DNA from: an uncultured delta proteobacterium
GTDB lineage: Bacteria > Myxococcota_A > Polyangia > Palsa-1104
NCBI GenBank assembly: GCA_963785725.1
Contig: CAWAWS010000014.1
Span: forward strand, 32,001-96,000
Length of the DNA stretch: 64,000 nt
Direction: 5' to 3'
Shown one piece after another: positions 27,996 to 44,104 of the stretch; positions within the stretch are counted from its first letter, which is position 1; each line of letters opens with the position of its first letter. The position numbers were made by a program, and so were the translations under genes. The notes below the pieces were generated by a model. It was not told where the DNA came from. It saw only the letters and a program-made list of their open reading frames with translations, and did not search any database.

Positions 27996-28970
27996 ATGAC
28001 ATATCGCTCTGCCATCGCCGCTTTGGTCGGCATGTTCTTGTCGATCGCGGCGAGCAGCGTCGTCTATGCGCAGGAAGACTTCCCCGGCGCACGCGCGCTC
28101 GGCATGGGCGAAGCGCAGCGCGCGACCGCGACCGGCGCCGAGGCGATCATGCTCAACCCCGCCGGCATGTCGCTCAACAAGCAGTACGTCATCGAGGCGA
28201 TGTACGGCATCAAGATCGAGGACGTCGGCAACAACGTCCACGTCTCGCTCGCCGACTCGGTCAGCTCCAAAGTCGCCGCCGGCCTGTTCTACGACTACAT
28301 CAACGAGAAGCCCAAGATCGGCTTCGATTGGGCGGGCGGCACCGTTCCGTCGGACACGATCACGCGCAGCGGCAGCGTCGTGGGGCTCTCGCTGTCGATT
28401 CCGCTCGGCGACTACTTCCTCATCGGCGCGACGGCGAAATATCTGCACATGAGCACGGTCGCGCCGCTGCCGAAGGGCACGGTGCCGTCGTCGCTGACGC
28501 TCGATGCCGTCAACGGCGTCACCTTCGACGTCGGCCTGATCGTCAAGCTGGGCACGAAGTTCAACATCGGCGTCATCGGCTACAACTTGTGGGACCACGG
28601 CAGCCGCGAGACGCCGTTGTCGCTCGGCGGCGGCTTGGCCTACATCCCGATCCCCAACTTGACGATCAACTTCGACGCCGTCATCAACTTCACCGGCTAC
28701 CAAAGCTACAAGTACGACAGCACCACCGGCAAAGTGTCGCTCGATCAGAAGACGACGGGACGGCTCGGGCCCGGGCTCGAATGGGCCATCGCGCAGAAGG
28801 TGCCGGTGCGCATCGGTCTCGTCTGGGATTCGGGCTTGCCTGCGACTTACCTCACGGCCGGTCTCGGCTATATGGGGCAGACGTTCGGCATCGATCTCGG
28901 CTATCGCGCGAAGGTGCAAGGCGGAATCGAGAACTTCCTCATGCTCGGCCTGCGTATCGTCGTCAACTGA
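27996..28970 (+). CDS. Outer-membrane beta-barrel protein
   Basis: Signal peptide; GARALGMGEA..A and NPAG; amphipathic beta strands. Confidence 0.75.
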   Translation: MTYRSAIAALVGMFLSIAASSVVYAQEDFPGARALGMGEAQRATATGAEAIMLNPAGMSLNKQYVIEAMYGIKIEDVGNNVHVSLADSVSSKVAAGLFYDYINEKPKIGFDWAGGTVPSDTITRSGSVVGLSLSIPLGDYFLIGATAKYLHMSTVAPLPKGTVPSSLTLDAVNGVTFDVGLIVKLGTKFNIGVIGYNLWDHGSRETPLSLGGGLAYIPIPNLTINFDAVINFTGYQSYKYDSTTGKVSLDQKTTGRLGPGLEWAIAQKVPVRIGLVWDSGLPATYLTAGLGYMGQTFGIDLGYRAKVQGGIENFLMLGLRIVVN

Positions 28971-29036
28971 CATGCGCCGCGGGAACTCGCGGCCGTCGCG
29001 GGACTCTAAGCATCCATGGGCGGTTCGCCGCTCGCC

Positions 29037-29624
<588 letters not shown>

Positions 29625-29631
29625 GTTTACA

Positions 29632-30000
29632 ATGGGATTCGTGGACCACGCACAGGCGACCGAGCTGTTCAGCGCCTATTGGGACCAGGAGCTCGGTCCC
29701 GAAGAGCGGGCCACGCTCGAAGAGCACCTGACGTCGTGCGTCGTCTGCCGGCGCGATTATCAGACGTTCAAGAAGGCGCTGGGCGCGGTCGGGACGCTCG
29801 ACAAGCAGCTGGCGCCGCCCGATTTCGCCGACGCCGTGCGCTCGCGGATTCGCAAGCGCTCGCACGGCCGCTTCTTCACGCCGCGGCGGATGGTCGAGCG
29901 CATCCCGTACGAGCTGTTCTCGCTGGTGATGCTCGGCCTCATCCTCGCGATCTATGTCGTGATTCAGCTGTCGCAGCCAGGTCATTTGCAGCTTCCCTGA
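29632..30000 (+). CDS. Zinc-binding (ZAS/zf-HC2) anti-sigma factor
   Basis: HLTSCVVC motif, C-terminal TM helix, directly after the ECF gene. Confidence 0.88.
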   Translation: MGFVDHAQATELFSAYWDQELGPEERATLEEHLTSCVVCRRDYQTFKKALGAVGTLDKQLAPPDFADAVRSRIRKRSHGRFFTPRRMVERIPYELFSLVMLGLILAIYVVIQLSQPGHLQLP

Positions 30001-30024
30001 TCTGACCTTTGCGCTGGCTGCCAT

Positions 30025-30072
30025 GGGGCGAACGTCGGCGCTACGAGACTGCGCCCGTCATAAACCAACCAC
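30025..30072 (+). repeat. Interspersed repeat, copy C
   Basis: GGGGCGAACGTCGGCGCTACGAGACTGCGCCCGTCATAAACCAACCAC aligns with copies A and B. Confidence 0.8.
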
Positions 30073-30362
30073 CGCTTTGCTGCGCCTGTGACCGTGTAAC
30101 CCACTTACCCGGTCTAAAACGTTAGATGGTTACTTGGTTGCACGCGGCGCGGCCGGTTCCTCGCTCGCGCGGGCCGTCGACGATAGTCGACGTGCCGGCA
30201 CCGCGCTCCCACGCGCCTCCGGCGCAAGACGACCACCCCGACCAGTCGAATCGCGAAGCGGCCAGTCGACCGCAGACCTCGCGTCGAGCCGTGGACCGCG
30301 TTTTCGCGTGCGCCCGCTCATTGACCGGGAGGTTTACCGCTGGCTCATTGGTAATCATAGCG

Positions 30363-31493
30363 ATGCGATTTGCAGCGATTGGCTCAATCCTTTGCATCAG
30401 CGGCCTCGCCGCGGGCGATACGGCCGTTCCGGCTGCTCCGAGCGCGAGCGCGAGCACGAACACGAACGCCGCGAGCGAGACCGCGGCCAAGGCGCCGGCA
30501 CGACCGCTCGATCTAACGGGCGCGCCCAAAGCGGACGCCGCTTTCCGTCGCTGGGTCAAAGCGTGGGCCGCCGACAGGAAGGGCTCACTCTCGCGTTGGG
30601 GCTGGGCGCAGCTCGACGACGATGCCAAGCCTGAGCGCTTCGCCATCGTTTGCGGGGACGAGGATTCCGACGAGCAGACGCTGCTCCTCGAGGACGAGCC
30701 CGGCCGCCGCTGGTCGATCGCCAGCACGATGGACGGCCGCAACAGCTGCGCGGGCGAAGAGAAGCCGACGTGGCAACGCGACGCGCCGACCGAGCTCGAG
30801 CTTCGCGACGCGTATCACGGCGGCGCGGACGCGCGCTGGGTCGCGCTGCGCCACGGCGAGCCGGCGATTGTGCGCTTCGAGTCGGACGTGCAGCATTTCC
30901 ACGGCGAGTCCGACTGCTTCGACGACGTGCTCGACTTCGATCGTCTCGAGCGGCAATACAGGACCTGCGCGCTCGATCCGAAGGAGGAGGGTGCCGTCCT
31001 GCAGACGAGCGACGCGCGCTCGGCGCTCTTCGTCATCGACGGCGCCGCGGGCCGCTATCGGCAGCGTTCGGGCGACGGCGACGTGCCCGACTTCGACGTC
31101 AGCGTGCGCAGCGCGAGCAAGCGGCTCATGGTCGAGGCCAAGCTGACGCGGCCGGCGCGCGTCGACGAGTCGTTCGAAGTGTGGACAGTCGGCGCAGCGG
31201 GCAAGTCGCTGGCGTGGTCGGCGCGTTGGGATGGCGCGCGTTGGCAGCTTGCCGGCCTCGTGCGTGCGCCGCGCGAGCTGCCGCCGATCGGGGGTGACGC
31301 GAGCCGCTTCATGCTGCCGATCGTGCGCCGCCAGGACGCCGAACAGGCGAACGAGGATACGACGCCGTTGACGCTCGTGGCGGTCTCGTCCGACGGCAAG
31401 ACGCGCGTGGCCACGAGCGAGCTCAAGACGCAAAACGTCGCGACCTTGGGCCAAGCGATGACGCCGGTGTCGCTCGACGCGAAGTCGCAATAG
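30363..31493 (+). CDS. Hypothetical exported protein
   Basis: Signal peptide, Ala/Ser/Thr linker, long GC3-biased ORF. Confidence 0.65.
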   Translation: MRFAAIGSILCISGLAAGDTAVPAAPSASASTNTNAASETAAKAPARPLDLTGAPKADAAFRRWVKAWAADRKGSLSRWGWAQLDDDAKPERFAIVCGDEDSDEQTLLLEDEPGRRWSIASTMDGRNSCAGEEKPTWQRDAPTELELRDAYHGGADARWVALRHGEPAIVRFESDVQHFHGESDCFDDVLDFDRLERQYRTCALDPKEEGAVLQTSDARSALFVIDGAAGRYRQRSGDGDVPDFDVSVRSASKRLMVEAKLTRPARVDESFEVWTVGAAGKSLAWSARWDGARWQLAGLVRAPRELPPIGGDASRFMLPIVRRQDAEQANEDTTPLTLVAVSSDGKTRVATSELKTQNVATLGQAMTPVSLDAKSQ

Positions 31494-31670
31494 CGCCCGT
31501 TACGATCGATGCCGCTCGTCGTCAATCCGCCGATCGCAGCACGCCGAACGCTCGGTGCTGCGCGAGCTTCAGCGCGATCGCGGCGATCGCGAGCTCACGA
31601 CACGCGTGAACACCCGCTCGCGCGACGGCGTCGCGCGAGCGGTTCACGACTGGCGCTGCGCGACGAACGG

Positions 31671-31889
31671 CTATTGTGGCGCGTTGAAGAAGAGCGTGAT
31701 GGCGAGGCAGTGAAACGCCTCGTCGCTCGACTGCGTGACGATCTTATCGACGATTTGCACGCCCGGATGCGCCGACAGCCACTGCGTAATCTTCTCGCCC
31801 AGCTGGTCGCGCTCTTGCGCCATCGTCGCTGAAAACACCTTCACCCCGTTGAAGGGATGATTGTTCGAACCGCTCTGTGACGCTGCCAT
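31671..31889 (-). CDS. Small conserved myxobacterial-type protein
   Basis: GVKVFSATMAQER...VTQSSDEAFHCLAITLF; AGGAG RBS. Confidence 0.8.
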   Translation of the reverse strand: MAASQSGSNNHPFNGVKVFSATMAQERDQLGEKITQWLSAHPGVQIVDKIVTQSSDEAFHCLAITLFFNAPQ

Positions 31890-31904
31890 ATGACTTCGGT
31901 GCTC

Positions 31905-33236
31905 CTACGCGCTGGTCGCGCTCGTGGTCGTGTTCTCCCCCCCGGCTCGATAATCCGTGATGATCTGCTGCACTTCGTCTTCCGTGAGCAGATGATCCGT
32001 CGCCTTTGCGACGCCCAGAATCTGTTTCACCAGCTGCGTCTCCGGCTCGATCTGCCGTTTACGCAGCCAGTAGATGACGTTCGATTCGCCGCTCATGTGG
32101 CCGATCTCGATCTCCTGCTCGCGACCGAACAGGCCCGCCGGCACGCCGGAGTAGATGCGGTCGGCCAAGAACGAGTGGCCCTTCTTCTCGGCCTTGATGA
32201 TGGCCGCCGCGTGCACGCCCGTCGCCGTGCGAAACGCATCGGCGCCAATGAGCGGATAGTTGTAGGGAACCGAGACCTGCGTCGCCTTGGCCACGAGCCG
32301 ACACAGCTGCAACAGCTTCGTCAGATCGTGATCGGGCAGCTCGCCGAGGAGCTTCAAGTTCATCAGCACCTGGTCGAGCGACGCGTTGCCGACGCGCTCG
32401 CCGATGCCGAGCATGGTGCCGTGCGCGCGATCGGCGCCGCACTCGAGCGCGATGATGGTGTTGGTGACGCCGAGACCGCGATCGTTGTGCCCGTGCCAGT
32501 CGATGCCGACCTTGACGCCCATCGACGCGACGAAGTTCTTGGTCCACTGGATCAAGTTCTTGATGCCGTCGGGCGTGGCGTGACCGACGGTGTCGCACAA
32601 GCACAGCCGCTGCACGCCGTGCTCGATGGCGTTGCGGAACAGCGTCGCCAACATCTCCGGCCGCGCCCGCGTCGTGTCCTCGGTGACGTAGGTGCACGGC
32701 AAGCCGTTCTGCACCGCGAGGTCGATCGCCTCCGACGACTTCTTGAGCATGCCGTCGAGCGTCCAATCCTCGGCATACAGGCGAATCGGCGACGAGCCGA
32801 TGAACGCCATGACCTCGATCGGCGTCCCCAAGCGCTGCGAGATCTCGACGATGGGCTTGATGTCGTTGACGTGCGTGCGCGCCGCCGCCGCCGGCTTGAT
32901 GCGCAGCTTGCTGTCGCGGATCTCGCGCGCGATCTCGTAGACGTCCTCTTGCGCGCGCTTGCCGGCGCCGGGCAGCCCGATGTCCATGTAGTCGATGCCG
33001 ACATCGTTCATGAGGTGAACGATCTTCAGCTTGTCGTCGATCTTGGGGTCGACCACGGACGGACACTGCACGCCATCGCGCAGCGTCTCGTCGAAGAACG
33101 AGATCTTGTGCTTGAAGAGCGACCCGGCGCGCCGTTCGAGCGCGTTCCAGTCGTAGATGATGTCGCTCTCCGTGAAATCCGCAGGCGACTTCGAAAGGAC
33201 GCTCTTGTCGCCCGTGCCCATCCCGTTCTCCTTCAA
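31905..33236 (-). CDS. LeuA/homocitrate-synthase-family (DRE-TIM) enzyme without the regulatory domain
   Basis: DETLRDG, CDTVG, HGHNDRG, GIGERVGN, GVHAAA. Confidence 0.9.
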   Translation of the reverse strand: MKENGMGTGDKSVLSKSPADFTESDIIYDWNALERRAGSLFKHKISFFDETLRDGVQCPSVVDPKIDDKLKIVHLMNDVGIDYMDIGLPGAGKRAQEDVYEIAREIRDSKLRIKPAAAARTHVNDIKPIVEISQRLGTPIEVMAFIGSSPIRLYAEDWTLDGMLKKSSEAIDLAVQNGLPCTYVTEDTTRARPEMLATLFRNAIEHGVQRLCLCDTVGHATPDGIKNLIQWTKNFVASMGVKVGIDWHGHNDRGLGVTNTIIALECGADRAHGTMLGIGERVGNASLDQVLMNLKLLGELPDHDLTKLLQLCRLVAKATQVSVPYNYPLIGADAFRTATGVHAAAIIKAEKKGHSFLADRIYSGVPAGLFGREQEIEIGHMSGESNVIYWLRKRQIEPETQLVKQILGVAKATDHLLTEDEVQQIITDYRAGGENTTTSATSA

Positions 33237-33245
33237 TCGCGCCGC

Positions 33246-34441
<1,196 letters not shown>

Positions 34442-34465
34442 CTCGATCTCTCCTAAAATGTAGCA

Positions 34466-36460
<1,995 letters not shown>

Positions 36461-36482
36461 GACGTTTCTCGCGCTATATATA

Positions 36483-37154
36483 ATGACCGTGAGCGTCCCG
36501 AGTCCAGTGATCGTGTTGGATTTCGACGGCACGGTAACCGAGAAGGACGTCGGCGACGAGGTGTGCGATCGCTTTGCTCCGCCCGCGTGGCGCGACATCG
36601 ACGCCGCATGGGTACGTAATGAAATCTCGCTACCCGAGGCGCAACGGCGAATGTGGGCGTTGGCGCGCGCCGAGCGTCACGAAGCGCTGGCCTACGCGCA
36701 CGAAATCGGCCATTTGCGCCGCGGCCTCGACGAGCTGATGACGAGCTGCGTCGCGCGCGGCTCCGAGCTGTGGCTGGCGTCGGGCGGCTTCGACTTTTAC
36801 ATCGAGGGCATCTTGGGCGCGCGGCTCGACCGCTTCAGCCGCGTCTATTGCAACCGCGCCCACTTCGCCAACGGCAACATCGCCGTCGAGTTCCCGCACA
36901 CCGCCATCGCCTGCGCCCGCTGCGCCGTCTGCAAAGGCAACGTCTGCGACGCGGCACGCGCCGGCGCCGGCGGCATGTTGCGACCGGTCGTCTTCATCGG
37001 CGACGGCTCGAGCGACCGCTGCGCCATCGGCCGCGCCGACCGGCTGTTCGCCGTGCGCGACTCGATCTTGGCGCGCACGTGCGACGAGCGCGGCGCCGCC
37101 TACACGCCGTTCGACGGGCTCGATGAAGTGACCGCCGCCCTCGCTCTCAGCTAA
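36483..37154 (+). CDS. HAD-IB phosphatase (MtnX-like)
   Basis: DFDGT, ASGG, CK, IGDGSSD. Confidence 0.88.
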   Translation: MTVSVPSPVIVLDFDGTVTEKDVGDEVCDRFAPPAWRDIDAAWVRNEISLPEAQRRMWALARAERHEALAYAHEIGHLRRGLDELMTSCVARGSELWLASGGFDFYIEGILGARLDRFSRVYCNRAHFANGNIAVEFPHTAIACARCAVCKGNVCDAARAGAGGMLRPVVFIGDGSSDRCAIGRADRLFAVRDSILARTCDERGAAYTPFDGLDEVTAALALS

Positions 37155-37169
37155 CTTATATCAACAAGT

Positions 37170-38288
37170 TTACATCGAGCAGTCGGTCTCGGTGCAGGTT
37201 TGCTTCGTCGGGTCGCAGCTGAGGCCGCTCGCGCATTCGCCGTCGGCGTCGACGCTGCAGCTGCCGCCGAGGCCCTTTTGGTACGTGCAGGCGCCGTTGT
37301 TGCACCATAAGCCGGCGGCGCAGGCAACGCTCGGGCTGCAGGTGCGACCGGGGCCGGCGACGGTCGGGCCGAGCGCGGCGCAGACGCTGTTGGTGCACGT
37401 TTGGTCGGTGGGGCAGCCGCTGCCGAAGCCGGTGGTGTCGACGGCGCAGGCGCGACCGATGTCGGACCACGCGGCGCACGCGCCGTTGACGCACGTCAGG
37501 CCGTCTTTGCACTCGTCGACGCCGGCGCAGGCGCCGCCGCTGCCGACGCGCGCGGCGCACACCTGCTTCGCGCTGCAGCCGAGCCCGTCGGCGCACGGCG
37601 GCAAGCCGGTGCCGCAGGCTTGTCCGACGGCGAGGCGCGGCGCCGTGACGCACTTGCCGCCGACGCAGGCGAGCGAGAAGGCGCATTGCGTGTCGTCGCT
37701 GCACTTGCCGCCGGCTTCGACGAGCAGCTTGCACGTGCTGGTCATTTCGTCGCAGTAGTGGACGGTCGGATCGCACTCGGTCGACGCATCGGATTGAGTG
37801 TTGAGGCAGCTGTTGCCGGTCGGGGCATACGCGACGCAGTTGCCGCCGCAGCCGATCGGTCCCTGGAGACAGGCGCCGCCGAGGCATTGCACGTCGTCGA
37901 CGCAGGCCTCACCGGACCCGAGCTTGGGCTCGACGATGGCGTGGCAATAGCGGAAGACGTCGGCGTTCGCTTGGTCGACGTTGCACGGCAGACTGTCGAG
38001 CTCGTCGAGGCAGCGTTGCGCGCGGCCGCCGTGGAAGGCGATGGTGTTGTTGGCGAGCGCGGTGTCGATGTCGAGATTGGTGCTCGTCGTCGTGCCGAGC
38101 GGCGGCGCGGCCGGGCATTGCGCGGTCTCGCTGGCGCCGAGCAGGCCGCAGCGGATGACGTAGTCGCAGTAGCGGTTGGCGAGCTGGTCGCGGAAGTCGT
38201 CGTAGCTGGAGGGACCGCCGCAGCCGCCGGCGAGCACGAGCGCGAGGCAGCCGAGCCCCCAATGACGACGATGGCCACGCGCGGTCAT
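37170..38288 (-). CDS. Cys-rich repeat lipoprotein
   Basis: Lipobox-like AGGC; repeated G-x-x-C...C..GL.C..G.C units. Confidence 0.85.
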   Translation of the reverse strand: MTARGHRRHWGLGCLALVLAGGCGGPSSYDDFRDQLANRYCDYVIRCGLLGASETAQCPAAPPLGTTTSTNLDIDTALANNTIAFHGGRAQRCLDELDSLPCNVDQANADVFRYCHAIVEPKLGSGEACVDDVQCLGGACLQGPIGCGGNCVAYAPTGNSCLNTQSDASTECDPTVHYCDEMTSTCKLLVEAGGKCSDDTQCAFSLACVGGKCVTAPRLAVGQACGTGLPPCADGLGCSAKQVCAARVGSGGACAGVDECKDGLTCVNGACAAWSDIGRACAVDTTGFGSGCPTDQTCTNSVCAALGPTVAGPGRTCSPSVACAAGLWCNNGACTYQKGLGGSCSVDADGECASGLSCDPTKQTCTETDCSM

Positions 38289-38333
38289 GCCGACAGGGTC
38301 GATCGCGCGCTCGCCAAACGCAAGTGAGGTCCG

Positions 38334-41300
38334 CTACACGCTGACCGACAAACCCAGCGATTGGCGCGCGGCCAGGTAGGTGTCGCCGAGCGCGAAGTCG
38401 ATGAGGTCGTTCTCGGCGCCGGGCGCGCCGGCGGCCATGACGATGCGCACGGCGACGGCGAGGTCGTTGCACAAGACGAGGCCGATGCGGTCGGCCGTGC
38501 GGGCGATGGCGCGGGCGTAGCGCGAGAGGTTGAGCGTCGCCTGCGAGCCGGCCAACACGCGCTCGCACAGCGGCGCCACGTCGCGCACGAGCGTGGGCGC
38601 GGCGGCGCTGATTTGCGCGCGTAATTTCGCGATCTCGCCGTCGCTGTCGTCGACGCGCAGGGACGGCGTGGCCAGCGTCAGCGTCGCCAGCAGCGTCTGC
38701 TTGAGCTGGCGCGCCGGCAGGGCGCCGACGGCGGCGCGGCCGGGCAAGAGGAACGCCAGCGCGCGACCGATGCGGAAGGCGAGCGCCGTCGTGTCGCCGA
38801 GCGCCAGCGCCTGCGGGCCGGCCAGCAGGATGGGCGGCCGCGCGGCGCCGACGTGCGTGTCGGACGCGAAGTCGCCGCGACGATAGACCGGCGGCGCGGC
38901 CACGCCCAGCTGATGCGCGCAGTAGCCGAGCACGCGGCCGAACGACAGCGGCAGCAAGTTGGCGTCGAGCGCGTCGTCGGGCTTGACGCCGAGCGCGGCG
39001 AAGTCGAACGGCGGCTGCCACACGGCGAAGATGCGCGCGAACAGCTGCGACAGATCGCGATCGTCTTCGGGATGGCGCAGCTTGTCGATCCAGGCCGAGC
39101 TGTCGTGAATCGGCGATTGCGCGCGCACCAAGAAGCGTGGGCGATGCCGCTTCAGGTAAGCGTTCGACGTCTCCGAGCCGGCGCCGCGCACGGCCAAGGC
39201 CGCGGCGATGGCGTAGGCGGCGTCCCAGCGCTCGCCGTCGTGGTGCAGCTTGAACAGCGCGCGGCCGGGCTCGGGATCGTCGGGCGTCAGCCGCCACGAC
39301 TCGCGCAGCGCCTGCGACGCCGCTTCCCAGGCGCGCGGATCGTCGGACAACAGGCGCGCCAAGGCGTCGCGCGGCCGCGGATCGTCGGGCGCCAGCTTGG
39401 CCGCGATCTCGTACGCCACCTTCGCCGAGGCTTTGTCGTCGAGGCGCGTGCGGTAGAGCTCGGCCAGCTGCGACCACAACGTCAACGCGCGCTCGACGCT
39501 GTAGGCCTCGTTCAGCCGATGGATGAGCTTGCGATATTGCCGCTCGAGCCGCCGGAAATCGCCGGCGCGCGTGGCCGCCGCCTCGAACGCGGCCAGCGCC
39601 TCTTTGCGCGTCGGCTGCGCGTCGAGCACGTGGGTCAAATGATCGAGCGCGCGCGCGTCGTCGCCGGACGCGACGGCGATGCGGCCGGCGTAATCGTGCG
39701 CGTCGACGTGATCGCGGTCGATGTCGAAGGCGGCGCGCAGCGCGGCCGTCGCGGCGTCGAGGTGCGCCGGACCGCTGCGAAACAGCGCCCAGCCGTACAG
39801 CGCGTGATAGTCGGCCTGATCGGGCGCGACGGCGAGGGCGCGCTCGATGAGCGTGCGCGCGCCGTTGACGTCGCCGGCGGCGAGCTGCGACTTGGCCTTT
39901 TGCGCCAGCAGATCGGCGTCGATGGCTTGCGAAGGCGCGTTCGTCTTCGCCCGCTGCCCGAGCTCGGCGTCGTAGGCGGCGCGCGTGTCCTTCGACGACA
40001 GCGTCTCCAGCGCCGTGCGCCACAGCTGATGCAGCTCCTCGACGCGGGCGTGATCGGGGCCGAGATCGACCTCGCTGAAGCGCTCGAGGCGAAACTTGCG
40101 CGTCCGATCGGCATAGGCGGTCGCGATCTGCGCCGCCGTCGCCTGGCGCTCGACGCCGAGCACTTGATAGTGGTCGCGCCCTTGCGTCGCCAAGTAGGCG
40201 TGCAGCACCTCGGCGCGCAATTCGTCGACCGCGGCGCGCTCGACCAGCGGCGCCAGCGGCGCCAGCGACGGCGACGACGTCTTGGCCCGCGGCGGCGGCA
40301 TCTCGACGACGCCCGACACGTCGTCGGCATCGAGCTCGAGCGGCACCGCCTCTTCGGCGCCGGGGACAGCCGGCGCGCCCGGCACGCGCACTTCCGACGG
40401 CTCGTCGCCGAACAGCTGATCGTACAGGTCGCGATCGGGCGGCCGCGCCGACGATTCGGCGGGCGCGCCGATCGGCAGGTTCTCGAGCGCGAACGGGTCG
40501 GTCTTGTCGCCGCCATGCTGCGGCTCGCGTCGTTCGCCCGCCGCGGGCGCGATCTCGGCCATGCCGCAGGCGAGGAGCGCGTCGACCTGCACCATGAGCG
40601 GCGTCGGATCGGCGACGACGAGCAGCTCCTCCAACAGCGGCCGCCGCTGCAGCGCCGTAAGGCCACGATCGCCGAAGACATGCACGAACGCGTCGCGATA
40701 ACGCTCGGCGCGCGCCGTCAACGCGATGCGGCCGCGCACTTTGGCCAGCGTCTGCGCGATCTCGTCGACGTGCGCCGTCTTGCTGAGGCCGGCGAACACC
40801 AGCCGCGGCGCTTCCACCGGCGTCTGCAGCGACGTCGGCGGCGTCACGCCCGGCTGAAACATCCAGTCGCCGTCGCGCCAGCGCAGCACGTTGGTCACTT
40901 TGGCGCGCATCTGCGCGCCCAGCTGCTTCATGAGGTCGGCGTCGGTCAGCCAGCCGAGCTCGACCATCGCCTGCCCGAGCCGCTCTTGCGACTCTTGCGC
41001 GCGCTTCAACGCCTGCTGATGCCGCTCTTCGTCGATGATCCCGCGCGCGATGAGGAAGTGGCCGAGCGTCTCGTTGCGCAGGTTCGACGTCACCGACACC
41101 GGCACGCCATGCACGAGCGCGATGTCCTTCTTGACCTTGCCGCGCTGTAACGTGAGCAGGCCGGCGGCGCGCTTTTCGTACAGCTCGAGCAGGAGGCGCG
41201 GCGGCGCGCGCTCGGCCATCGAGCCCGAGGCCGCCGTCGCCGGCACCGGCCGCGGCCCCGTCGGCGTCACGTCCGGCCGCATCGGCCGAATCGCCGCGAT

Positions 41301-41714
41301 GGTGACCGAGCTGTCCTTCTTCGGCGGCACGCCCACCATCTTGCGAATCGCCTGCAGCATCTCCTTCACCTGGAACGGCTTGGAGAAGAAGATCGCGCCC
41401 GTCTCCGTCTGCAGACGATTGATGGTCGACTGATCTTTGTAGATGGCGCTGGTGACGATGAGCGGCACCTTCTCGCCGTGCTTGTGCTTGCGCAGCTCTT
41501 TGGTGAACTGGAAGCCGTCGACGCGCGGCATCAACAAGTCGCTGATGACCAGATCGTACGGCCCCTTATCGAGCTGCTCGAGCCCCTCTTTGCCGTCGGA
41601 GGCGAGCACGACCTCGGGCGAACGCCCGGCCAGCGTCGGCTCGTGCGTCAACAGCTGCTCGAGGATGCGACGGATATGCTTGTCGTCCTCGACGACCAGG
41701 ATGCGGAGAGCCAC
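38334..41714 (-). CDS. Response regulator with DUF4388-like, degenerate J and TPR domains
   Basis: REC (VVEDD, SDLLMP, KPF); ETLGHFL/ERLGQAMV; HYQVLGV with no HPD; TPR array. Confidence 0.85.
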   Translation of the reverse strand: MALRILVVEDDKHIRRILEQLLTHEPTLAGRSPEVVLASDGKEGLEQLDKGPYDLVISDLLMPRVDGFQFTKELRKHKHGEKVPLIVTSAIYKDQSTINRLQTETGAIFFSKPFQVKEMLQAIRKMVGVPPKKDSSVTIAAIRPMRPDVTPTGPRPVPATAASGSMAERAPPRLLLELYEKRAAGLLTLQRGKVKKDIALVHGVPVSVTSNLRNETLGHFLIARGIIDEERHQQALKRAQESQERLGQAMVELGWLTDADLMKQLGAQMRAKVTNVLRWRDGDWMFQPGVTPPTSLQTPVEAPRLVFAGLSKTAHVDEIAQTLAKVRGRIALTARAERYRDAFVHVFGDRGLTALQRRPLLEELLVVADPTPLMVQVDALLACGMAEIAPAAGERREPQHGGDKTDPFALENLPIGAPAESSARPPDRDLYDQLFGDEPSEVRVPGAPAVPGAEEAVPLELDADDVSGVVEMPPPRAKTSSPSLAPLAPLVERAAVDELRAEVLHAYLATQGRDHYQVLGVERQATAAQIATAYADRTRKFRLERFSEVDLGPDHARVEELHQLWRTALETLSSKDTRAAYDAELGQRAKTNAPSQAIDADLLAQKAKSQLAAGDVNGARTLIERALAVAPDQADYHALYGWALFRSGPAHLDAATAALRAAFDIDRDHVDAHDYAGRIAVASGDDARALDHLTHVLDAQPTRKEALAAFEAAATRAGDFRRLERQYRKLIHRLNEAYSVERALTLWSQLAELYRTRLDDKASAKVAYEIAAKLAPDDPRPRDALARLLSDDPRAWEAASQALRESWRLTPDDPEPGRALFKLHHDGERWDAAYAIAAALAVRGAGSETSNAYLKRHRPRFLVRAQSPIHDSSAWIDKLRHPEDDRDLSQLFARIFAVWQPPFDFAALGVKPDDALDANLLPLSFGRVLGYCAHQLGVAAPPVYRRGDFASDTHVGAARPPILLAGPQALALGDTTALAFRIGRALAFLLPGRAAVGALPARQLKQTLLATLTLATPSLRVDDSDGEIAKLRAQISAAAPTLVRDVAPLCERVLAGSQATLNLSRYARAIARTADRIGLVLCNDLAVAVRIVMAAGAPGAENDLIDFALGDTYLAARQSLGLSVSV

Positions 41715-41744
41715 GCAATCCCAATTTTATCACGATCGCGCCGT

Positions 41745-43812
<2,068 letters not shown>

Positions 43813-43813
<1 letters not shown>

Positions 43814-44073
43814 CAGTATTCGTCGCCGTCGCAGCCGCCGCCGGGACGGTTCGACTGCTTGCACGGGTCGAACACGGCCTCTTTGGCCTCGCGACCGTCG
43901 CCGCGGATCATGCCGAGCGAAAACTGCTTCTCGACGCGACCGTCGCCTGGGGTCGGCGTCGGCGAGCCGGCGGCGCGCAGGCACAGGTCGCCGCAGCGCT
44001 CACGCACTTCGCCGACGCGCTCCAGCGTCTCCAGGCGCGCCCCGCATTCGCATCGGTATTCGTAGATCGGCAT
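43813..44073 (-). CDS. FmdB-family zinc-ribbon protein
   Basis: [11 protein letters not shown]. Confidence 0.85.
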
Positions 44074-44104
44074 CGAGCAATTGTGCGCTGCAACCTGGCG
44101 CCGG

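Noticed and set aside
37152..37172. dif or att site (TAACTTATATCAACAAGTTTA)
   Set aside because: Does not fit the XerC/XerD 11-6-11 layout and no recombinase is nearby; at most an imperfect IHF-like site between convergent genes
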